A stretch of 64,000 bases of DNA from Lama guanicoe (lineage: Eukaryota): positions 4,769,639 to 4,833,638 of the forward strand of contig MU053379.1 in assembly GCA_013239625.1 (NCBI GenBank). The letters are read 5' to 3'. Within the stretch, counting starts at the first letter, position 1; every line of letters begins with the position of its first letter. The position numbers and the translations under genes are program-made. The notes under the pieces are model-generated. The model searched no databases. It saw only the letters and a list, made by a program, of their open reading frames with translations, and was not told where the DNA came from. Of this stretch, positions 1 to 12,242 are shown piece by piece.

Positions 1-260
1 TGAAATATTAGCAGTACTTGTTTTTGTCACCAATAAAAACCCCAGGTGTTTTCATATCTCATCACAATGGTCGTTTGGCCCATGAATTTAAGATGACGTC
101 TGTTACCACATCACAACCTCTGAAATGGTTTAGTAAGCGGTATCTCTCCTGTTACTGTAATTCATTTTATTTTTCAATCTTCTGTGTTTTATTTTATGTA
201 CCTAAAAATAGTCTTCTGGGGAAGACTGTATGGGCTTCCAAGCTCCTGGAAAACAGGGGT
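1..260. mobile_element. Old hAT-Charlie DNA transposon remnant (MER113-like)
   Basis: AT-rich segment ending 'ttttatgtacctaaaaatagtcttctggggaagactgtatgggcttcca', resembling the remembered MER113 end. Not verified by search. Confidence 0.35.
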
Positions 261-447
261 GCTGTTTTGTTTCTCTTGTGACCCCGCCCCAGGGATAGGG
301 ACCAACATGGCATGTCGTTTCCTCCCTCTCCCATGCGCAGGACACTAGGCTCCCAAGGGGTTTCAGTGTCCCTCGAACAGACTTCGGCTGCAAAATGTTG
401 AGAACCCACATGTTGACTTATCCATCTGGTATTGATCAGAATTGGTT

Positions 448-527
448 CACCACCCATCCACCCACCCATCCACCCACTCATAAACCCATCCACACATCCA
501 TCCATCTATCTACCCATTCACCCATCC
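448..527. repeat. (CCAT/CCAC)n degenerate tetranucleotide repeat
   Basis: Directly visible: caccacccatccacccacccatccacccac...catccatccatctatctacccattcacccatcca. Confidence 0.85.
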
Positions 528-2943
528 AGTCGCTTGACAAGGCACACAACACAAAACGCAGTGTACCATGTGTGGACCAAAGCTCATGAATCAGGGTTAG
601 CTTACTGATCTTATAATTTGAGAGAGAAAATATGACACCAGTGTCACAGAGAGATAAAAACTGAAGGTTGAGGACTTCTAGGAGAAGAAACGAGGTTGAA
701 GGGCTCAGACTTTGAAAGCGCGAGAGTTCTGGGTCTGGAGTGCAGCCCTTGTTAGACTGGCCGGAGCTGACCCCAGCCTTCTGCTTCCTCATCTGTGCAA
801 AGGAAGTGACACTATCTGGGCCTATGTTTTTAAGGGCTCACAGTGCTGTGTGACACTGTGGAGGGAGAGCCGCACCCTCAAAGCAACAGGGTGCTGGGGG
901 TGCTCTCGAGTGTGAGGCTCGAGCTCCAGCTGGAGGGTGTCCTTCACAGTCTTTCTTTGTCTCCCGCGACCAGCCACCTCTTTCCAAACCCCCCTCTCAC
1001 CCTTGCTTGCCCTCGTGTTTCCACCTGCACACCTTCGCTGCTGGCCAGCCGCGGGGCCCATTTCTTAAGGAAGAAGAGGAGCACGTGGAGGGGTGCCCTC
1101 CTCGGGGAACCCCAGGGCCTTCGCATGTTTCCAAATCATCTGCCTGTCAACAGATGATCACAGGATGCAAAACCTAACGAAAACTGAGAAACCGGAAAAT
1201 AACGCAAGCCCGCCTGTGAAGCGGTGTCCCCTGGCTGACGACCTCCTTGGTCCTCAGAGGAGAGCCCTAGGTATTTGCTAGAGGAGGGTGGCCGCGCCCG
1301 GAACGATGGACTGGGGGGCGTGCGAGGGTGAGCCCTGGTGTGAAGGAGGCAAGCCTGGGCCCGTGTCTGCTAACCGTGAGCACAGGGCCTTTGGGGAAGC
1401 GACTTGACCTTCTGCGATGGATGGGATGTTTGCTCCGGGGCTGCTGAATTGCATCTCTGTGGATAAGGATTAATCAGTGAAGGGGAATTCCCTGGAACAA
1501 CCAAGGGTCACATGCTCCCATGGACAGGATTTCATTCCATCTTCACCACATCTTGGGACTCAAATATTAGTAGCCCAGTGTTTGCAGTCTTTGCAAGATA
1601 CTAACCTATTCAGTGCTTTCATCCCAAATAATCTCATGGAATTAATATGATCATGTTTTAGTATTATATAGATTTATCATAGATATTACAGATACAGGTG
1701 TGTGTTTTTCAGAACAGGCGATGTCACCTGCCAGATTAAAAGGCACTAAAGTATCAAGGCGTCAATTACTAGTTTGCTCCTTTCAAAAAAGCGTTGCAGG
1801 AAGTGGTGCCTGACAAATGCATGTTTCTTGTGGAGCCACGGGAAAGCCATGGACCTGAGCTTTATGCACAGAGCAGAGGCCGAAGCCTTCCGGGGCTCTC
1901 GAGGCGTGAAGCTTCGCTGTAAGTCTTGAAGATAGTTCCCATGACTCTTTTTTTAATGATTGTCCTTCCGGGCAATGAAAATACAAATACAAACCGTGCT
2001 AAACAGTGACGGGTCCACTTCACTGTCGACCTCACGCCACACCTGCCCCTGCGCTCACAGACGTGCCCGGGACACGCGCGTCAGTTTCTGGGTGGTGCAA
2101 AGAAGGTTTCCTTGTAAGCGGGGTTGCAGGAGTCGTGCCCTCCTGCTCTCCACCTGGCTCTTTCCTTCAGCGAATCTGCAGCCCCGTCAGCGGGGGCAGC
2201 GCGCAAGGAGGAGAAGTGCAGACGCGAAACCGTCCGTGTCTTGCCGGGAGCTGCGAACATGGGCCTGAGGAAGGACGCCGCCCCCTCGCGCTGGCGTGCA
2301 GGCTCCGGCCGCGCGTGGGATCCTCCGGCGGCTGCGCTCCGGGCCCGCCCGTACCTGCAGGTGACCGTGACGTGCCTTGATTGTGTGTGTGACTGCGGGG
2401 CTTTATGGGAAAAGCACGCATCGTGTCTACGAACGTGGAAAAGGTCGGTGTCACCGAGAGAGTAGCTGGGGTCACAGCTGAGGAGGCAGATCGGTCCCTC
2501 TCCGCCTGAATTTGGAGGTCCCTCTCCACGCGCCACCCGGCTTCTCTGCAGAGGACCCCCTGGCAAGAGGGGCAGACTGTTAAACACAGAAGGGAACCCA
2601 CCTTCAGTCGACGCCCTTCCCCGGGCCATTGCGAGGCTGAACGCGTTCCTTCAGCGTCCCCACGGCGCCGTTTTGAAAGCGGCCTTTGGCTGAATCTCCG
2701 GCGCCACGCGGACTGTGGCTCCCGCCGGCCAGCCCGAAGCTGACGCCCCTGCCCCCGCCTCGGGAAGACAGTCAGGCCGCTGAGCGGCGAACGGAGTCCG
2801 GCGGTTACTCGCTGCCTTGCTCTTAATTTAAGATCATTGTGTTGAATCTTTTTAAAACAGATTCAGAATCCACCAGAACCTGTAAGGGAGGGTCCCGCTG
2901 CTGCGCGCCGAAGGGAAACGTCCCGCTTCCAGGAGAGCAATCC

Positions 2944-3441
2944 NNNNNNNNNNNNNNNNNNNNNNNNNNNNNNNNNNNNNNNNNNNNNNNNNNNNNNNNN
3001 NNNNNNNNNNNNNNNNNNNNNNNNNNNNNNNNNNNNNNNNNNNNNNNNNNNNNNNNNNNNNNNNNNNNNNNNNNNNNNNNNNNNNNNNNNNNNNNNNNNN
3101 NNNNNNNNNNNNNNNNNNNNNNNNNNNNNNNNNNNNNNNNNNNNNNNNNNNNNNNNNNNNNNNNNNNNNNNNNNNNNNNNNNNNNNNNNNNNNNNNNNNN
3201 NNNNNNNNNNNNNNNNNNNNNNNNNNNNNNNNNNNNNNNNNNNNNNNNNNNNNNNNNNNNNNNNNNNNNNNNNNNNNNNNNNNNNNNNNNNNNNNNNNNN
3301 NNNNNNNNNNNNNNNNNNNNNNNNNNNNNNNNNNNNNNNNNNNNNNNNNNNNNNNNNNNNNNNNNNNNNNNNNNNNNNNNNNNNNNNNNNNNNNNNNNNN
3401 NNNNNNNNNNNNNNNNNNNNNNNNNNNNNNNNNNNNNNNNN
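2944..3441. other. Assembly gap (498 N)
   Basis: Run of N. Confidence 0.99.
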
Positions 3442-3535
3442 GGGGGCGGGTCCTGGGAGGGCGGGTCCTTAGGGGGCTCCTGGTGGCGGGTCCTGGGAGG
3501 GCGGCTCCTGGGGGGACTCCTGGGGGCGGGTCCTA
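3442..3535. repeat. Short GC-box-containing tandem repeat (unit about GGGCGGGTCCTGG)
   Basis: Repeated ggcgggtcct/ggctcct units with several GGGCGG Sp/KLF cores; runs into the gap. Confidence 0.75.
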
Positions 3536-4849
3536 GTCAGCGCAGGAGGCTTCCTGCTTGCAGGTGCACAGACCACGACCCCCTTCACCGCCACCCAGGG
3601 GCGTGCCCTTAGGGCCAAGCCTTGTCGCCTTTCCTGGGAAATTATACAGAAGGAACTCCGTAAGCATCAGCTTGAAGACTGCCGTGACCCCGTCCCATCG
3701 CGGCCCTGGGATCCTCACTGAACGTTTGCAAGTCTCGTTCCTCGTGTGTCTGTGTGTGACACCGCGGCGCTTTTGAAAGCAGACCTACAGCCAAGAAGAC
3801 GTTTCTAGACAAGGGCTGCGTGGCTGCACGTTGTCAATCATCTCTGCGAGGAAGCAGACTGGCCCGTCTCTTTGGCACGTGGGTTACTTCCAGCTGAAAA
3901 CCGTCGAGACGCGAAGCGCCCGGAAGGCGCCTTGACCTCCCCCGGGGCCGCAGGCACGTGGGCGGGCGCCGGGCCCGGAAGGGAGCGCCGCCGGGACGGC
4001 TGCAGGGCCAGCGGGCTGTGCGGACAGAGCGAGCAGGGCCCTCCGGGGCACCCTGTCCCGCCGTCCCTGCCGGGCCCCCAGACCGCTGCCCGCGCACTCT
4101 TCCGTTTCCAACGCCCGTCGCCGTCTCCCTCTGACGTCCCAAACCGCTGCCGCAGCGTCTTCATTTCTCTGTGGCCGAAGATGACATTTAAGGCGAGGAG
4201 CTCAGTCCCCGGTCCCCTACGGGCTGCACTTCTGTCTGACTGTCTCCTGTTAGTCAGCTTCACGCCAGGTTAGTCTGCACACCATGGACAAGAACCTGGA
4301 AGGGTGAAGGGAAACTTCCTCCCCGACGTCCCCACGGAGAGACTTCCCTGAAGCAGCAATTGCATCATGAAGATGGACCCCCACCCCTGCCGTGACCCCC
4401 ACTCACGTGTCCAGGCCCTCACTGGGTGGTGGACTTCACTCCAGACGTTTTGCGCACCATCTCATCGTTGCCTGTGAGCCAGGGTTACCATTACCACCAG
4501 CTAAAAGTGGACTTGGAGGCCTCTTGGCGGGTCGGTAACTTCCCCCAGGTCAGCAGCTCAAAGCCTCGTGGCGTCACCAGCACCCTTGTGGGGCTGCAAA
4601 GCCAGACAGTCTGGCTGGTCGCTCTGCCTGGTCTAGTTAAAGCAGCTCAATTTAATTGCCAAAATACCAATTCCATGCAAAGTACCCGCCAGCCTGCCCG
4701 GCTGTCATTGCCCACCCAAGCTCGGCGCCTGTCCCGCCAGCAGCCACGACGGCAGACGTCACCCCGGGCCCTCCCAGTGGAGCTGGGCTGCCTCCAGTGA
4801 ATCACGACTTCACCTCTCTGACCTCAGCTTCGAGCTGAGTCGGGAAGGA

Positions 4850-5660
4850 TCGCATCTCTGTCTCTGACTCAGGCGTCGGATCACGAGCTTGATGTCGCTG
4901 CTTCGATGGCTCGATGCCCCGTCTCCGAGCGGGTCTCAGCTCCCTGTCAGCAGCCCACAAGCCTCCCTCTCACAGCGACGTGGCTCCACCCAGCTCCTTG
5001 CACCAAACCCTGGGCTCATCGCAGACTCATTTCTTACTCCCGCACCCAGCGTCTAATCCGTTAGGAGACCCCAGTGCTCTGCCTGCAGAGGGAGACTCCT
5101 GCAGCCCCTGGCACCCACCTGGACCTGAGCCACACCGCCGCTCTCATCACCCCGCCCCCGCTAAGCGGGCTCCCGGCTTCCCTGACCTCCCCCAACACCC
5201 CACCTCGAACATTCACAATCCAACAGCCAGTCAGCCCCTCAAAACACACGCCGAGCCGGGCCAGCCCTCAGCTCACATCCGTGAGCGTCACACCCCGCTC
5301 AGAGTGAGGTCGCAGGACGCCCGCCCCCTCGCTCCTTCTCCAGCAAGACACCCGCTCTGGCCATGGGGCCACGTCCGGCTGTTCCCTCTGCCGGAGCGCT
5401 CCTGCCCGATTTCCACGTGGCTGACCCCCTCTGCAGGGGGACGGCCCTGGCAACCCTCACTCCATCCCCCCGATACATCCTTCTTCCAGAGGAACCATCG
5501 TCCGGATGTCCCTCAGACCCTGCTGAGCGCCACACGAGCGGGAGTCCCAGCCTCAGCCTCAGGCCGCAGCCTCTGCTGGAGCCCCTGGCCACCTCCGCAC
5601 GCAGACGGGATGAGAGACACACTGGGGGCCACTGGTCCTGACTCGGGTGAGAGGCGCGGC
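4850..5660 (+). mobile_element. L2 LINE 3' remnant
   Basis: 'caaaccctgggctcatcgcagactcatttctt...cccagcgtctaatccgttaggagaccccagtgctctgcctgcaga' parallels the L2 NLGVILDSSL/HIQSISKSC region; L2-like 3' sequence follows. Confidence 0.6.
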
Positions 5661-7375
5661 CAGGAGGGCCATGCAGCACGTGAGGGTCGCGAGGTCACTC
5701 CCCACAGGGCACAGGCCCTAGACTGCGCCGGCGTCTCCCACAGACGCCCGCCCGAGGGCCCTTGGTCACGTGTGCTCCGATGCAGGTTACAGCCAGTGGC
5801 AGACCTCTGGGAAGCAGGCCACCCGGAATCCTCTCCCTCGGAGTGGAAGTCCACGTCCTGACCGTCCTCCGACTGGCCTGGCGAGTAGACACCGGCTCCT
5901 GGGCCCCTCAGGGCAGGCCACTCTGACATGCTGGCTGCACTCGGATGCCTGAATTCCTCCGGGGCTCCCTGCCCATCCACTTCCTCTGTCCCCACAGGGA
6001 CTCCTTGGGGTCCTCCACCAGGTGACCGGTTTGCAACCCAACCCTGCCTCTGGTCTACATGCGGCCAAATCCAACCTGGGCACCTTCAGATGCAGAATGC
6101 GAGTGTGGACCATGGTCGGAAACCATGCACAAGGGGGCGGCTTCTCCATCTGGTCTACCTCCCTCCTGTGAGCAAGCATGAGGACAAGGCGTCTTAGCAG
6201 AAACTGACCATAGACTGAGGGGTGTCCATGTACGTGCATTTACAACACACGCATGCATTACATGTGTGTCTAGAAGAGCATCCTTGCCCTTGCAGGGCTC
6301 TGCTCGGTTTCGACAAGCGAAGCTCTCAGCTTTTCTAAAGGAAGGTGCTGTGACTCAACAGGATTCTGGCTGCCTGGAGATTATCTTGCTGATATGCTGG
6401 CTGGCTTTTCTGTTTCTAAAGAAACTTATTTCACTGCTCCTTTTGCAAAATACTGAGAGCTCTCTGCTTCTAAACACACCTCCACGTTGCTCTTCAAGGT
6501 GGGCCGAGCGTCACCCGTGCCATGGCTCCGGCCGGCTCAGTGTTCAGCTCGGCCGCCGGTGCCAGGGCGTGCGAGGCACAGACCCTCCTGTCTGCCCTGC
6601 TTCATTCCGCGCTTCGAGGTACGCACACAGCTGGTCAGGGCAGCTGCTCGGCCGCCCAGCACAGGGAGGGGCACCTTGTGCCCAAGACTCCCAGACTGAC
6701 TCCACGGACGCCGTGAGGCCGGAGCCGGAGGAACACGCTTCGGGGGTCCGCTGCCCGCAGGTTTGCACGCGCTGCTCCTGGGGGAAGGAGTCGGGGGCTG
6801 CGGGCCTCTGCTGGGGGGGCGGGGGGGGAGTGACCAGGGGGCTTCCTGCCTTTCATCCGGACACTCAGCAAGCCAAGAAGGAACTCGGCTCGGAGGGAGG
6901 GCACAGAGATTGGTCCTAAAAGACAAACGCTGGGTCGCAGCCGCCCCAGGATCAGATGGGAACAGCCGGGAGGTGCTGAGCTGGGTCAGCATCCAGGTGA
7001 GCTGCAAGTCCCAGACACACTCCAGCGGGAAAGATGCCCAGGAGGTCACAGTGCGTCCATCCATTCTACCGCTGATGGGCATGTGAGTCATTCCCAGGGT
7101 CCTGTGTCATGGGCGTGCTGCTGTGGTCACTCTGGTACCCGTCTCTGGTGTAAATGTGGCACGATTCCGGCATGATCTCGTGTCGTGGACTCCAGGTATG
7201 TTCCGTCTTGGTGGGGGCTCCCAAGCTCTTTTCCAAGTGGTTCCACAAATTCAATTCACGCTAGAAATGCATCAGAATTCAGTTTGCTCCACAGCCTTCC
7301 CAACACTTGGCTAAAATACCATCACACTGGCCTTCGAGGAGACGCAAATACAGGCGAAATGTAATACACACACAT

Positions 7376-7587
7376 GGGGTGTGATGCGTACACTGGGGTG
7401 TGATGTACATCCACTGGGACGTGATAGGCACACACGGGGGTGTGATGTGCACACACAGGGGTGTGACGTGTGCACTGGGGTGTGATGGGCGCACACGGGG
7501 GTGTGACATGTGCACTGGGACGTGATGTGCACACACAGGGGTGTGACATGTGCACGGGGGTGTGATGTGCACGTGCAGGTGTGACAT
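7376..7587. repeat. Minisatellite, about 10-11 units of 19/21 bp (GGGGTGTGAYRTGCAC...)
   Basis: Units such as ggggtgtgatgtgcacacaca and ggggtgtgacatgtgcact are directly visible. Confidence 0.9.
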
Positions 7588-7734
7588 ATATACTGAAATA
7601 CATATACTGAATCATAATGTGTGTATACATAACCATTTTCTTGATGACAAGGTATCAGTTTATCTTTTCATGTTTATTTGCCACTAAAATATTCTCTCTT
7701 ACGCAATACTTCTTCGAGGCTTCTATTTTTGTAA

Positions 7735-8660
7735 TCAGTTGTCTTAAAACAGCACTTTTCATATGAAGTAATTATAGATTTACAGGAGGTTGCAAAGATA
7801 GTACAGAGAGGCCCCAGGACCCAGCTATTCCCAGTGGCCACAGCTTCGAGAATTTGTGCACAAAATCCAAGTCAGGAGAGTGCCACTGCTTTTGTTACGC
7901 AGCACGTTGGTTCAAGACGTCACAGGCACGGTGACCCGGTCCTTGCTATCACTGAGTTGGCGTTCACGGTTCGGACGGACCGTCGTTTATTTAACCACCA
8001 TCTGTTTGGAACATCCTGGGTGCGTTCAGATTTTAGCTACTACAAATAAATAGCTACTGCTGTGAAGAATCGTGTACAGATGTTTACACTGACGTAAGTT
8101 TTGGTGTCTCTGAGATAAGTGCCCAGGAGTGAACTCGATGGTCACATAGAAAGTGTATGTTTAGTGTAGCTTGGTTTGTTTTTTTTAAGAAACTGCCAAA
8201 CTCTTTCCCAGAGTGTCTGCCCGCTTCACGTGTCCAGTGCTGAGCGGCCCAGCTTCTCTGCAGCAGAACCGAGCGTGGTCAGCGTCTTTTTTTTAATTTC
8301 AGTTGTTCTAATGGGCGAGTAGTGACAGCTCACCGTGGTCTCCTTTTGCCCCCCCCAAAGAGCTAGCGACACTGAGCGCCTCTTCGTGTGCCTGTTTCAT
8401 GCCTGGGTGCCGCCTTCGGCGAAACGCCTGCCCGGGCCTTCTGCCCACTTTCCCCGCAAATTCGTGTTGAGTTTCAGGAGAGCGTCAGGTACTCCAGGTG
8501 CGAGACCTTCATCAGACGGGTGGGTCCCAGACCCCTCCTCCCAGCTGTAGTTTGTCCTCTGATCCTCTAGCAAGTTCTTCTGTGGAGCAAAGGGTTTGAG
8601 TTTTGATGAACCCTGTCTTCATCTTAGTAATTTTTACTGTATAATTTGGGCAAGAGCTAC
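7735..8660 (-). mobile_element. Old L1 3' end (L1MC-like), antisense
   Basis: 'attatagatttacaggaggttgcaaagatagtacagagag', 'ttaagaaactgccaaactctttcccagagtg' and 'ttttaatttcagttgttctaatgggcgagtagtgacagctcaccgtggt' match the reverse complement of L1 ORF2 end/3'UTR. Confidence 0.8.
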
Positions 8661-8664
8661 GTCT

Positions 8665-8669
<5 letters not shown>

Positions 8670-8700
<31 letters not shown>

Positions 8701-9070
8701 TCTGTGTGTGTGTCTGTGCTTGTGTGTGTCTGTGTGTCTGTGTGTCTTTGTGTGTCTGTGTGTGTGTGTGTCTGTGTGTGTGTCTGTCTGTGTGTGGCTG
8801 TGTGTTTCTATGTGTGTGTGTGGCTGTGTGTGTGTGTGTGTGTGTCTCTCTGTGTGTGTCTGTGCTTGTGTGTGTCTGTGTGTCTTTGTGTGTCTGTGTG
8901 TGTGTGTGTTTCTGTGTGTGTGTGTGTCTGTGTGTCTGTGTGTGTCTGTCTCTGTGTGTGTGTGTCTGTGTGTGTGTCTGTGTGTGTGTGGCTGTGTGTG
9001 TGTGTGTGTCTGTGTGTCTTTGTGTGTCTGTCTGTGTGTGTGTGTGTGAGACTGTGTGTGTGTGTGTGTG
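8670..9070. repeat. Compound (GT)n/(GTCT) microsatellite, about 400 bp
   Basis: Directly visible; source of the CVCV/HTHT ORFs. Confidence 0.97.
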
Positions 9071-10652
9071 TTCGGGTTGGCCGCTCTCCGGCCCAGCAGC
9101 CAGCTGGCCTGTCCTCCCAGGGGCCTGAAGCCCTCCCCACGCCCACACTCAGCCCTGAGCTCGCCGGCCCCCCGGGCCGAGAATGCCCCCGGCACGTGCC
9201 CTGAGTCCAGCCGGGCAGCCGGGCAAGCTGATGGCACTGCAGGCCCGCGCTAGCGGTGGCGCCGCCAGGCTAGTTCTGAGCTAGTTCTCGTGCCCCTTAT
9301 TCAGACTTTTATTATTTTCCTAGTTGTTTCCTGGAGAGGCCAACCCTCTGCTGCCTGAGTTCTGCAAGGACAGCACGTTCACCCGCAGACTGTGACGTCT
9401 GGAAATGAGGGACCGATAACTGTATCCACGTGGCTCACAGCCAGGCACGCCCCCAGGAGCCGGCGCCGACTGCCTGTTCCCCAGAGACGCCGCGTCACCA
9501 GGGCTTCTCCCGATGTAACAGCCCCCGCCATGCTCTGCCGCTCTGTCCACACTCTCCCTCCTGTCGCCCCACCTTCAGGCCGTAACCAGCTCCTCTCTCC
9601 CGAGTCTCCATGGGCTGCGTGGCCACCTCCCTCCCTCCGCCCTGCACCCCCTCGGGACCTCTGCACTGTCCCCCAACGCCTCCAACCCCACCAGCCTCCC
9701 CTCCCGCCCCCTTCCAAGCTCCCTGCTTTCTTNNNNNNNNNNNNNNNNNNNNNNNNNNNNNNNNNNNNNNNNNNNNNNNNNNNNNNNNNNNNNNNNNNNN
9801 NNNNNNNNNNNNNNNNNNNNNNNNNNNNNNNCTGTGTGTGTGTGTGTCTGTGTGTCTTTGTGTGTCTGTCTCTGTGTGTGTGTGTCTGTGTGTGTGTCTG
9901 TGTGTGTGTGGCTGTGTGTGTGTGTGTGTCTGTGTGTCTTTGTGTGTCTGTCTGTGTGTGTGTGTGTGAGACTGTGTGTGTGTGTGTGTGTTCGGGTTGG
10001 CCGCTCTCCGGCCCAGCAGCCAGCTGGCCTGTCCTCCCAGGGGCCTGAAGCCCTCCCCACGCCCACACTCAGCCCTGAGCTCGCCGGCCCCCCGGGCCGA
10101 GAACGCCCCCGGCACGTGCCCTGAGTCCAGCCGGGCAGCCGGGCAAGCTGATGGCACTGCAGGCCCGCGCTAGCGGTGGCGCCGCCAGGCTAGTTCTGAG
10201 CTAGTTCTCGTGCCCCTTATTCAGACTTTTATTATTTTCCTAGTTGTTTCCTGGAGAGGCCAACCCTCTGCTGCCTGAGTTCTGCAAGGACAGCACGTTC
10301 ACCCGCAGACTGTGACGTCTGGAAATGAGGGACCGATAACTGTATCCACGTGGCTCACAGCCAGGCACGCCCCCAGGAGCCGGCGCCGACTGCCTGTTCC
10401 CCAGAGACGCCGCGTCACCAGGGCTTCTCCCGATGTAACAGCCCCCGCCATGCTCTGCCGCTCTGTCCACACTCTCCCTCCTGTCGCCCCACCTTCAGGC
10501 CGTAACCAGCTCCTCTCTCCCGAGTCTCCATGGGCTGCGTGGCCACCTCCCTCCCTCCGCCCTGCACCCCCTCGGGACCTCTGCACTGTCCCCCAACCCC
10601 TCCAACCCCACCAGCCTCCCCTCCCGCCCCCTTCCAAGCTCCCTGCTTTCTT
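8912..10652. repeat. 821-bp direct duplication (8912-9732 and 9832-10652) flanking a gap; probable assembly artefact
   Basis: Copies are offset by 920 bp. I see three differences (8938G/9858T, 9184T/10104C, 9678G/10598C). Both copies abut the N-run. Confidence 0.9.
9733..9831. other. Assembly gap (99 N)
   Basis: Run of N. Confidence 0.99.
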
Positions 10653-10794
10653 TCTGTCACCAGCATCGTCTATTCTCTGCCCCCCAACCATGGATTCTCT
10701 CATTCCCTCTTGTCACCTTGACCTGAGCCTCAGTTCACGTTACCAGCATTGGGACCTCAAGGAAGATACTTTTTTTAAAAACATTGTTATTGTT

Positions 10795-10880
10795 CCCATG
10801 AGCCTCAGCTTCCTTGTGCATAAAATGGGGGGACAATGCCTTGGATCTCTGTCATGCAGGTCAGACCTCACTCATGTGGG
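10795..10880 (+). mobile_element. MIR SINE fragment
   Basis: 'gagcctcagcttccttgtgcataaaatggggg' resembles the MIR core. Confidence 0.55.
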
Positions 10881-11574
10881 CAGTATCGGCTGCTGACCTC
10901 TGGAAGCAGACGTGATGGTCCAGCAACGCCAAGCACTCACTGTCCCATTGCCCCTCACGGTGTTCCTACAAGCCAGCACCCTCACCATGTACACCTCACA
11001 GGTGAGAAACGGGCGCTCAGAGCGGTGAAGGCAGGGGAGCCAGGGCGGAGCCTAGCCTGGCCCAGAGCTGCTCCCCTCCCCCAAACGGGCCATCACCAGG
11101 GCCCGGCCAGAACCACAAACATCCAGCAGCTCAGTGGGGGCCTTGCCAGCAACCCTCTGCAGGAGGCAGAACTGTCACCCCCCGTTCACCAAGGATGGAG
11201 CGCTCTCGTGGGAATTGCACCCACATTCTGGAGCCCTGGGGAGCTGGCTTGTCTCGAGGGTGGTCCGAGCGTCTCCCCTGCCCCCACCAGCGTATGCAGG
11301 CCTTTCCCCTTTCGGGAGATGGATTGCCTCCCTTCCCCTTGAGTCCAAGCCTAGCAGCTCACTCAGCTGCTGATGGGGATGAGATCTGGGGCTTCTGGGC
11401 TGGGTCCTGAGAGGCCTGCGGACTCCGCCCAAGCCCCGTGGCCTCGGAGCACTTGGTCTTGGAGTCAGAAGGCCACCCCGCTGCCGGAAGGACGCGGGGA
11501 GAGGCCCCGAGACTGAGGCGACATTGCCAGGGCTCACCCGCAGGCAGGGCCCCGACACCAGGCAGGCGCCGAGC

Positions 11575-11660
11575 CCTTACTTTACTGAGGCCAAACTGTG
11601 AGGCTCAGAGAGGCTGTGAGGAGCTGGGTGAGAGCGATGAAGCTAGAATCAGCCCCAGCG
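11575..11660 (-). mobile_element. MIR SINE fragment
   Basis: 'ttttactgaggccaaactgtgaggctcagagagg' resembles the reverse MIR core. Confidence 0.5.
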
Positions 11661-12076
11661 CCCTCGGGCCCCACCATGGGCTCTGCCCAGTCCTGCTTCT
11701 GAGCGTGGGGTTGGGGGGCTGCGGCCTCAGACTCAGTCGGGCCGGGCTGCTCCCTCCTGCTGCTCAGAACCACCAGAGCTGGTGGCCACGTGGGTCAGAG
11801 CCTTCTCTTCTGGGGAAGAGAGGGGGCGTTGGTGGGAGCAGATAGCGGGTGAAACGGAGCCCCTGCGGGGAGGTGCACCCACGGCTCCTGCCCGGGCAGG
11901 GGAGGCGGGCGGCGGCGCTGGAGGGACCGGCCCAGCGCGCACGCGGCCTAAGCCTCCCTCCTGCGGGCGCCGCGCTCGCTGCCGACACAGCCCTGACATC
12001 CTAGTGGGAGCGCCTGTCCCCGGCCCCGCACGGCTCTCCGGCTCGTTCCCCTCAAATTCCAGCTCTCTGTGAAGGA

Positions 12077-12230
12077 AACACATGCACACATATACACACA
12101 CAAACATACACACACAACATAGTGCACATACAACACACACAAGAAACACATGTACACATGCAACACACATCACACACAACATACGTGCACAGCGTACACA
12201 CACACACACACACGTAACACACACACACAC
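12077..12230. repeat. Degenerate (CA)n repeat
   Basis: Directly visible. Confidence 0.9.
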
Positions 12231-12242
12231 CCCACCCTCACA

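Larger units (their letters stand above)
2000..4270. promoter_or_regulatory. CpG island interrupted by an assembly gap; probable promoter
   Basis: Dense CpG on both sides of the gap (2220-2400, 2630-2940, 3900-4160) and a GGGCGG array at the right gap edge. Confidence 0.55.

Noticed and set aside
2839..3612. 257-aa ORF
   Set aside because: Mostly X residues from the assembly gap.
8512..10157. CVCV/HTHT-rich ORFs resembling Cys- or His-rich proteins
   Set aside because: Translations of a GT microsatellite and of N gaps.
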